Source of the DNA: Hydrurus foetidus
Lineage: Eukaryota
DNA length: 64,000 bases
NCBI GenBank assembly: GCA_900617105.1
Contig: UYFQ01000182.1
Span: 1 to 64,000 of the forward strand
Direction of reading: 5' to 3'
Below, piece after piece: positions 47,501 through 56,976 of the stretch. How positions within the stretch are numbered: the first letter of the stretch is position 1; every line of letters starts with the position of its first letter. The notes under the pieces are model-generated. The model was not told the origin of the DNA and searched no databases. It was given only the letters and a program-made list of their open reading frames with translations. Position numbers and translations under genes: made by a program.

Positions 47501-50290
47501 CCATTAGACAGCGGTGCTATCTCTCTGCCGCTCAGTCACAGGGGCGCTGACTTCAACGCTCACAATCTTAAGCTAGTGTCACGGCCTGTAGAGGGCACTA
47601 CCGGTAATAGTAACGGTAACAATAGCAGTAATGGTGGTGTCAGTAATAGTGGTAATGGGAGCAGTGGCAGTGCAGCGAGCAACTCTTCCAGAAGAGCGAC
47701 TTTGAGTGCCGTACCTCCCCCTCCTCCTTCTTCATCTTCCTCCTCTGTCCCCTCCTCTTCTTCCTCCTTTTCTTCTGCCCCTGACATGGCTGCAATGACG
47801 AAGACGGTCAGTGCTCCTTCCCTAAATAAAATCAACGGTAAGTTCAATTTGCACTAGGCAGCATCCCTCTCTTCACCTCTGCATGATAAGACAATCCATG
47901 CTCTGATCTGCTCCTCTGCACTGCATTGTCATAGCAACAATCACATCTGCATATTTTTGGCAGAATTTCTCTAATACCTGTTCTCTCTCTACCTTCCATC
48001 TCTATCCCTCCTTCTATTTCTTCACTTCTCCATACCCTTCCTCCTTCCTCTCCCTTCCTCTCCTCCCTTCCATTCCATTTTCCATCCCAGGTACTCCCCA
48101 GTTGGTTGCATCCACGGTATTAGTCAGCGCGCGCATGGCGAAGCTGAAGGCAGAGTTGGTGAACATCTTCTACTCCCTTCCTGAGAAACCGATGCGCTGG
48201 ATCGACAAAGATGACTTGGTCCCACCCCCTGTGTCCCTATCTGCCCCTGCCCCCCCCGCCACTGTTGCATCCTCCTCTTATTCTTCCTCCTCTTCCTCTT
48301 CTACTGCACCTTGCTCCTCGAGCAGCGCAGCAGCATCATCATCGTCAGCAGTAGCGTCCGTATCAGTAGCACCAGTGTCAGTGAGGAGTGAGGATGTGGC
48401 GGCTTCTGTGTCCATTCCTAACATCCAATCCGAGGGGCTGCTTCTGCCTCAGTCCCTTTCTACCCCCTCTTCTTCTTCCTCCTCATCGTCAGAGGCAGCT
48501 GTCGTTGGGATGATGAGGGGTCCTGGCAGAATAGGGGTAGAGGGGGGAACCTCTCAGTCGGTTATACTCTCTGTGGCAGATCCTGCTATCGTGGCTGTGA
48601 CTGCTACAGTATCTCCCGCACAGACAATCACAGCGGTGAGTGATATCGTGGTATGTGCTGTGCCAGCGGTGATCCCCGACGTTGTAGAGGGTGTGAAGGA
48701 GACGAAGGTGGAGAGGAAGTTGAAGAGGCGGTTGAAGAGGAGGCAGAACAACGAGCGCGTCATGTCTCTCATCCAGACCTCCTCCACCCCTCAAGAGCTC
48801 ATGTCTGTGTTGATGGAGATAGAGGAAGCCATTCCTAAGAACTATAAGTACAACCTCAGCGATGAAGCGCTGCCCTCTACCGCTGACACGTGTGCTGCTC
48901 TAGCAGTGCGCATCTTCGTGTTGGACAGACGCATCAGATACGATGAGATAAAGGACATCGAGAAGCAGGGAATGGACAGGCAGTACAAACCCAGATATCA
49001 CTTCGCCCCCCGCTGCCTCATGTCGTCCACTTGCACAAAGTTCCTCAATCATCACGGCAAGTGCAGCAACGACTCTCCTCTCCTGGCAGCTGCTGGGAGT
49101 AGAATACCAGACATCAATGACAGCTTGTCCAACTACGCCAACATCAACGCGGCTTACTTGCAGCAGAGGGCTCAGATGGCTGTAGCGCAGAGCAGGTGGG
49201 TCACACTACTGTGAAGAGATCTCGCACTATCTTTCTTAGCACCTATCCATATCTCCATCTCTCTGTCTCTGTGTCATCGCATCTATCATTCTCTACATCT
49301 CTCTCTCTCTCTATCTGTCCACCCATCGTTTCATCCACCTTTCTTCCATCCATCCACTCATCTCTTTGTCTTTAACTTTGTCGACATGTCCATCAATCAA
49401 CATGTGCATTGAAGGGTTCGTCCTGTCCTGTCCTGTCCTGTCCTGTCCTGTCCTATCCTATCCTATCCTATCCCACCAGACCACTTCCTGCTTGCAAGCT
49501 CTGCAAACCCTTGAGAGGTTTTCGGGCCCTCAGCGCGCTGTGCCCATGTGATGCAGGGAGTCCCTATCCTCTCCCTCATCGCCTACACACATACGTTCCA
49601 CACCCTTATATTCTCCAATACACCCCGCCTCATCCTCCCCCTTTCTCTTCCTCTGCCTCTCCCTCTCCACCCTCCTCTCCCTCACCCATGTGTCAGACCT
49701 GTGGTTGCTCCTCCTGTGCGAGTATTCAACCCTCCCGCCAAGCCTAATGGCACGTCCAACTGGGCCCTGTGGAGAGCCAAGCAGCAGGAAGTGGAGGAGA
49801 TGGACACACCCGAGAAGAGAAGAAGACTCGCTGAAAAGAGGTACGGCACGATGCTGCCATGTAGTGTACTGCAGTTTAGTGTAACGAACTGTGCCATTTC
49901 GTACAGGCACCGGCTATCACTACTGACCGTCATTGTGATCGTACGCCATGTACGATTCGTTCTGCCAACCGATTCTTCCTCCTCCTCCTCCTCCTCTTCT
50001 TCGCTATAGTACCAACTGTGAATGTCTTTTCTCCTCTCATCCGTTATCCGCCCTTACCTCTCTTTTTCTGTCTTCTCAGATTGCTTAATACCTCTCTTTC
50101 TATGCCTCCATTCCTCTCTTTCTTTTTCTCTCCCTATCCGTGACCATAACCATGGCCGTCACCTCCACCTTACACCCCCTCTCATCTCCTTTCTATTCTC
50201 AGGCGAGAAGCAGCGGACATCGACATCGACTTCATCCAGCCCTTCGTGCCAGTCAGCGGCATGGAATCTGTCATGATAGAGTGGGTCTAG
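32539..50290 (+). CDS. Giant multi-bromodomain chromatin protein (at least 4 bromodomains, FYRN/FYRC, PHD-like, MBD-like, DDT, WHIM/WSD, NUMOD1-like); MBD9/BAZ-like architecture; many exons
   Basis: Bromodomains at ~33490-34360 (PEYYEIIKNPRDL...NCRLFN), ~35390-35680, ~35950-36240 and ~37540-37830. FYRN ILDFGEI...YIFPKGF. GW...IYLSPLG (MBD-like). FFGL...IEAL (FYRC). LCLWDFL (DDT). PLGRDRHGNEYW (WSD). The first exons and the last exon (ends IEWV* at 50290) join in frame by GT-AG. Not every internal junction was verified. Confidence 0.75.
41371..41555. repeat. 37-bp minisatellite x5 (CTCCATGGTATCTTTGCCTCTTTTCCATTACCTCCCA), intronic
   Basis: Five identical head-to-tail copies at 41371, 41408, 41445, 41482 and 41519, plus a degenerate copy upstream. 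Confidence 0.95.
42770..42880. repeat. Imperfect (AAT/GAT)n trinucleotide tract, intronic
   Basis: Seen directly. Confidence 0.85.
45442..45549 (+). repeat. 27-bp coding repeat x4 (EDHIDEGEE) in an acidic region
   Basis: Repeated GAGGATCATATCGA(T/C)GAGGGAGAG within ORF 42955..45885. Confidence 0.9.
49421..49470. repeat. (TCCTG)n(TCCTA)n compound microsatellite, intronic
   Basis: Seen directly. Confidence 0.9.
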
Positions 50291-51470
50291 GATCCCCATC
50301 AAATCCGTCATCAGTTTTCATCTCCAGTTATGAAGAGGATCGTTCTCTTCTCCGCTTTGTTCCAGTCGAATTCCACCACCAACTAGGTTAAATTGTTCCT
50401 TTGTATTCTCCATTTTCTGTAGATAGATACATACATACATACACATACATGCCTTTGATCGGATGCATAGCCACTCTCTGCTCCTCTATGGTTAGACAGA
50501 TTGATTGGTGGAATATGTTCTTTCCGTTTGTTTGTCGAACTTAACGCGTGACCGGTTTTGTGATATTATGCAGTATCCCTTCATGAGACGTAGCTGAGTG
50601 GCTGGCTGACTGACTGACAAATGGATCAATGAGTAGATGGTGTGTGCGTCATATCTGATCAAGAAAGAGAGCTGGATGGAGATAGCTAATGTCACACAAT
50701 ACACCTCAACACATCACACCGTGCTGTATGATGGACTGCGCAGTAACAATCGCGTAGTCTATTCCCTAGAGCTGTCAGGAGCGAAGAAAGAAGTCAAGCC
50801 AAGTCAATTCAAGTCAAATCAATATGCCTTCGCATGTTAAGTAAGTAGATGTATTATCTTTTAAACGTATGTATTGAATAAGTTATTAACATATCTTCGT
50901 GTTGACGATAGTGGGCAATAAAGAAGGAGCGAAGAGGAGACTGTCGTCTCTCGGCTCTGAAAGTTTCAAATACATGGTGTGAAGTAGTGCCTGGACAGTT
51001 GCAACAAGATTCCTGATGCATGTGATGACGATAAATAAAACACAATGCGATAAAACACAATGCAACGTGATGCAATGCGATGCAATAAAACACAATGCGA
51101 TGCATTATTGCGTTGAGTGGGAGTGATAGTATGGTGCCTTGACCGAAATCACCCCGAAGGGACGTCCTCTTTAAGTTCGTAGTGCACAAAGAGAACGGAG
51201 GAACGGACATAACACCTATTACGGCACGGCACTGTACTGTACTAGCCGCGACAGAGGTATCGTAACAAGAATTCACTCTGGTCTACTCCAACAAGTGAGA
51301 ACAGTTTAGCACTGTTCAACTAGTTCTTGTTGACTGCATCCCAGCAGCAGTTTAGACGCAAATCGATTTCTCACTACATCGTGCTGTGCCATTTTTAAAG
51401 TGGCTTGTTGTCTGTTGTGCTTCAAAGGAACGGAAGGGGAGGAGTTGAAAGGAGGGATGTGGATAGGACG

Positions 51471-52388
51471 CTATACGCATGCCTCATCACCGTTGCTGTA
51501 CTTGCTATTGAGGTGCACAGAGTCAGCAAAAGGAATCTCCTTGTCCTGACACTCCGCAGCTCTTTTGGAGTCATTGGCATCCTTGTCCTTGTCCTTGTCC
51601 ACCCCTACAATCTTGTTATTGTAGTACCCCTGACGGATTTCATCCGACACCCTGTCCATGCCCAGGAAGGACAGGCCGCTGAACCGAGCATTGCCAACAG
51701 CACTTGCACTCCTTACTGTTATCACGCCCCATAGAAGGCTATCTGAAGAGGCAGCATCGTTCGAAGAAGAGGGCTCTGTCGAGCTGGGCATGTTGCAATG
51801 CGATTTCAGCGGAAGCAATGAGATGTGGCAAGATAGAGGCGTTACTCCATCTGATCTGTAGAGATTGATGTATTCGGTAGCAGTACGACCCAGCCGCAGC
51901 ATCGTCTCAAATTTCAGTGACGTGGCAACAGAACTGGCCTTCCCCATCATACTATTAAGAAGCAGGCCTGGACCACATTCAACATAGCCAAAAGTGCTGA
52001 GGAAGTCAGAGTCGCAGAAATTAATAGTGATCCCAGGGGATGGCGAATCTGGCACTGACTTCTTCAAAATTGTAACGATAGCCTTGCTCTGCGCAAAAAT
52101 GTTAGGCCAAGAACTCTTCGTGTTTTTCTTGTACACTTTCCTTTTCGGTTTCTTGTCACCACTTTCATCGATCTCATCTTTCTTCCTTTTCAATGCTGCA
52201 CTCGAGCTCCTCGATGGCATCTCTTTTAGTACTGCAGATGCTGTTATAATTTTTTTGATGCCACTTGAGCTTGAGGCATAGTTCGATTTCGTTGAGACGG
52301 AAGGAAATTTTTTCTCCTCTCCTTCGGAATCACTGTCAGATGAGCCTTGAAAGCTGGAGTCAGATTTCGAACCCTTCTCTTGAGGCAT
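51471..52388 (-). CDS. PAS/LOV-like domain protein with a basic NLS-like segment, intronless
   Basis: INFCDSDFLSTFGY and EYINLYRSDGVTPLSCHISLLPL resemble the PAS/LOV patterns IxYxNxxFxxxTGY and NYRKDGxxFW. KRKK...KKPKRK lies upstream. Confidence 0.6.
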   Translation of the reverse strand: MPQEKGSKSDSSFQGSSDSDSEGEEKKFPSVSTKSNYASSSSGIKKIITASAVLKEMPSRSSSAALKRKKDEIDESGDKKPKRKVYKKNTKSSWPNIFAQSKAIVTILKKSVPDSPSPGITINFCDSDFLSTFGYVECGPGLLLNSMMGKASSVATSLKFETMLRLGRTATEYINLYRSDGVTPLSCHISLLPLKSHCNMPSSTEPSSSNDAASSDSLLWGVITVRSASAVGNARFSGLSFLGMDRVSDEIRQGYYNNKIVGVDKDKDKDANDSKRAAECQDKEIPFADSVHLNSKYSNGDEACV

Positions 52389-52667
52389 TGTAGTCACAGA
52401 TCGCCTTCAATTCCGCCGTTTAATAACGGAGAATCGTCTTTGTTTGCGCTAATGCCACTTCGTGCTGCTATACATGTGACGTGTGGCCTGCGATGTCAAA
52501 TAAGTCATCGAGAATTCGTCACGACAAAAACTGCGGGAGAGCCAAACGAGAGGAGAATCTGAGAGCACAATCTCCATTGCTGTCAGCACTCAAGATCGCA
52601 GTTTACTGCGGGCGGGTTGTCGAAAAGCATTCCAGCAAGGGGGTATAAAAGCTGCGTTGTTACATTA

Positions 52668-55600
52668 CAGGCTGGTGACGCCTATAGGGGCTCAAAAAGT
52701 TGACATTCGTGAAAGCAAGTCTTTGAGCGAACCGTTTTTCTCGTTTGATAGCTCAAAAGAACGGAAATTTTGTGGTAAATAGGGCGGCGACCGTGCATAA
52801 GCTCTAAAATTTGAATTTTCAAAAATATTGCCTAAAATCTCTTGATACATTTTCTAAAGTGCCTCATTACTTCGCTAAAATTGGCTTCGAAGCTAATGCA
52901 TTGTCGCCACGGTGTACCTACTGTGCTGACGAAGATTTTGATCCATTCAGCTCCTTCTAAATCCAGCTGGAAGATATGTTTGGTCGTGTAGAAGATAGCG
53001 ATCGTGACAAGAGGAGCTTCTCAGTCCGTAAGGATGGACCAAAGTTTAGAATTGTCGTCACGCCACCAACTCATCGAAGAAGCATACAGAAACTTGTCAT
53101 CTTACGAGGATACATGACGCACAGGAGTGCTGAAGAAGACATTATGCGTTTAAAGGAGCACCTGATCACGAAACGAGTGGAGACTTTTGTCAAGAATCTC
53201 GGAGAAGTTTTCGAAGTTTCAATGCCGCCATCGAAAAGAAGACGTTTCCAAGTGCACAAGATTGTAGTACCGAAGATTATCTCAGGTCACTGTCTCGCTC
53301 AATTAAGGCGTCGCATACAGTTTGGATACTTTAACTATAAGATGCAAGCTGTCAAAGATGGAATTTCTTTCATGTCTAAAAACGTTTGGATGAAAGAGCA
53401 GCGCACAGCAGAGCCCACCCCATGCAGCGATCAATACGAATTAGAGAGAAGAGTACGCTTGGAGGTCACATTGCAATACTTACATCAGCGTTTGCAGCTG
53501 CTCAAAAGTAGGAAGATGAATAATGCAGTCATGATGAAAGAAATCATCACTTATATTTACACTGGAACATGTTACAAGAAGCTTCGCGAGGATACAACTG
53601 ATGAACAACAGGATGACATCATCGATTTGACAGATGAACCGGCATTCACTCAGGAAAGCACATCTAAAGCACAGCTCACAAGAGTAACACTTCAGTGTTT
53701 TGTTGTCTACAATACAATGCAAAAAGTTTACAGCAGAGATGAGAAAGAGGCAGTGATGCTAAGAAATGTACTGAACAAGATAACGGTGCATGGTGCTGAC
53801 ATTGAGAAGAAGGCTTTAGTTGAAGACATCATGACACAACATGAGATTGAAAAGAAGCAATTCAGATTGCTGAACTCGATGGGCTCCATAGCTGATGAAG
53901 TGCGACTTCTTACAGGCAACCACATCTCTGCAAAGACTATTCGCGCCTGGTATCACGAATACATGGATAATAAGTCGTTTAAGGAGGATTGCAGGGGTTC
54001 CCACGATAGGGTGACATTTCTGGAGGAGTATGGATATTCATTGAGGTTTAAATTGTATCTCAAGAATGAGAAGAAATTAACTGTGGATGTCGCAACAAAA
54101 GAGCTCGAGGCAATAATCAGCAGGGATCCTCCCATAACAGAAGATGGCAAGAAAGCATTTGAAAGTCTGAGACCGTTCTCGAGAAGAACAGTCCATCGAT
54201 GGATGTTAAAATTGGGTTGCAAATATGAAACAGCAACAGTGTCATACTATACAGACTCTCATGAAGCAGAAGAAACGAAAAAAGATTTTAAAGAAAGGTT
54301 AGTGAGTACCTCGATGATTATCGACAAGGGATTACTCTAATCGACTCCCTTCTCGTAACCACAGGTACGGCCCGACTCAGCTGCGATTAGCGCTGAGAAT
54401 GCCAGTATGGGTAGCCGTTCCACTATCCACTGCAACTGCTGCTGCGCTGAGCAACAGAGCAGACATTCTGAAAGCCGCAGATATTGCTCCGGATCTTCCG
54501 ACTGCGACGATTGAAATTCCAGATCCATTAGTCAAAGTGCACGTGGATTACATGGATGAGGATGCACATTCAAGATATCGAACAACAGCAATGGATACAC
54601 TTGGTCGACCCGGGGATTTCTATTATGATCTCCAAGACGAAAGATGGCAGAATTTTAAATGCAATTATCGACATGAAGCGTGTGTGTGCAAGTGTTGCTT
54701 ACCGCTTTATCATATTGGTCAGGACGAAGCTGTCTTCAAGCAGTACGCATTACCGTCCAAAGTCTGGAAAGTTGAAGGCAAATCAAAGCTGAGACCAAAA
54801 TCTGATGGCCAAGGTATCATGGTCAGCGCAATTGTTGACGAGTGGAGAGGTTTTGGATTACCTATGTCAATCGATGAAGTCAACCTTGTAAATCGAGTCC
54901 GAGAGGAAGCTGCGACAGCAGCTGGAGTACCCCATCGAAAATTGATTGAGGCCGGTCAATCTCCAGGGCTTCTATTTTTCAATTACGGAAAAGGGAAAGA
55001 GGGTTACTGGGATGGCGTTAAATTTCAGGAACAGTGTATCGACTTCATGGACGTAATTGAGATACTGTATCCAGGAATGCAAATACTACTCGAAGTTGAT
55101 CACTCATCAGGTCATTTGAAGGAGCAAACAGATGGTCTAATGGTAAACGCGATGAGTCTTAGATGGGGTGGTAAGACGGTACCGAAAAGGGATTCAGTAA
55201 TCGAGGACGGGTGCTTGGGTGAAACTCTCCCTACTATCAATGGTAAACAGCTTACCATCGGTGCGATCCAGAAGATGGTTTTCGAGGAGGGTGATCCTTG
55301 TCCTTTTAATGATCCAACGGCACAGCCACGCGATACACCCATGAATCTGGCGCAAAGAGCAAAGGAAATTGAGAGCAGGAAAAGACGAAAGAAGACTCCC
55401 GATTCCGCAGACTGCTCAAATGAAGATGCCGGAGTGAACGATCTATTCGTTTTACCTGGTTACGTAGGAAAAAACAAAGGGATCCTCCAGGTATGCATAG
55501 TTTCGACTTCGATTCTGCAATCTGAATTGTTCTGACGAATAATACGCCCACAGATTTTATACGAGCGAGGCCTGTATGTTCAAGGAATGCAAGGAAGGCA

Positions 55601-56192
55601 GTCAAAGAATGTGCAGGAAAAGTTCATCGTGGCTGGCGCCAGCCATAAGATATTGAGAGATGAATTAAACGCGCACCATGTTCTTAGCTCCTGCCCTGAT
55701 TTTAAGTTTGAAAGGACGGCACTTCAAAATGTTGTTGAAAAACGAGGACACATTCTGCTCCCATCAGTGGTATGCACTCCAGAGACTGCTGGAGGCGGCA
55801 TTGAATACGCTTGGGGCAAGCTAAAGTTTGAGCAGAGGAGAAGGAATGACACGGCCGTGAAATTGGAGTCTGGCGCTAAATTTGCTGATCGAGTTAAAGC
55901 ATTGTGTGCTGACAAGGAGATTTTACCTTTGATTCGTGTATGGAAATTCCAGCGGCGTGCAAGAGACTATACCAGGCTCTACCTTGCTATCGGGCAGAGA
56001 CAGGGGAAATCAGCTCCATCACATCTTGAGATTGAAAAGATGAGGCAGAAGCAGAGAACACATCGAAATATAATGGAGGTCGACAGAGAGTTTGTCCAAT
56101 CCGTCATCTAGAAATCTGTTATTACGATATTTGTCGTTTTTCAGTGAAATTAATCAAAAACGTTTTTGCCGTCTCTTGACGTCACCAGCCCG
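52668..56192 (+). mobile_element. DNA transposon, IS630/Tc1/mariner superfamily, 3525 bp, apparently complete
   Basis: 13-bp TIR C(A/G)GGCTGGTGACG (52668-52680, 56180-56192). TA on both flanks. Internal transposase. Confidence 0.88.
52976..56111 (+). CDS. DDE transposase, 3 exons (52976-54297, 54365-55490, 55554-56111), 1001 aa
   Basis: Two short GT-AG introns (67 and 63 nt) join the three ORFs in frame. Motifs HIGQDE, RPKSDGQGIMVS, EGYWDG, EVDHSSGH, KGILQ|ILYERGL and IEYAWG. Confidence 0.88.
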
Positions 56193-56193
56193 T

Positions 56194-56747
56194 AGTAATT
56201 TCGTACCGAGACCATAAAACCAAGATGTTTTTCGTACCGAGGGCGAAGCCCGAGGTTCGAAATACTTCGAGGTTTATGGTTGAGTGTACGAACGTTACTT
56301 TTTATTCCGATGGGTTCATAAAGACCCGTTTCGGTCCTGCGGGTCGAAATAGCTATTTTCACCACGAGGGCGTAATTGAGCTTTTACGGCCGAGGGTTTT
56401 TTCGTGATTTTGAGCCAGAGGGCGCAGCCCGAGGAGCTCAATTCACTGAAAAAAACCCCGAGGAACGGAAAAGATCTACGCCCAAGTGGTGAACATCGCT
56501 TATAATTTCAGTGAGGAGGGGTTAAAACGCTGTTATTCGCCCGCCCGTGAGATCGGTTAAAAATCGGAAATGGCCGGTCAGAGAAATGGGGATAAAACGG
56601 CGTTTTATACCCCTCCGAAATTATAAGGAATCTTTTTCGTACCGGAGGTGCGAAAAGGATTCCTTTTCGACCCGCGCGTGAAAACGGTGAAATCTGGCCG
56701 GAAGCTCATGACCGGGAAAGGGTCTTTATGAACCCTGAGGGATAAAA
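56194..56747 (+). mobile_element. Non-coding nested-palindrome element with CCGAGGGCGAAGCCCGAGG hairpin apices (Crypton-like non-autonomous element, tentative)
   Basis: Multiple nested inverted repeats, e.g. 56312-56327 vs 56720-56735 (perfect 16 bp). Apices at 56237-56255, 56416-56434 and 56627-56663. The classification rests on recalled motif similarity only. Confidence 0.6.
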
Positions 56748-56976
56748 TATATATTCCGTAGAACAAACTAGTACCGACACCTACTTCAGTATACTCAAAT
56801 TTGAAATCAAATCCTCTCGATGCGGAGTGGAGATGAGAGAAGTTACTGTAGTTCTATACTTAATGCTTTCAATAAGCGGCGACCTGGCAGTGTAACTGGT
56901 ATTTATTTTCTAATGCTTGGATTTGTGTGATGAAGGTTAGTCATAAGCGATATCTCGGCGGATACTTATGCATATA

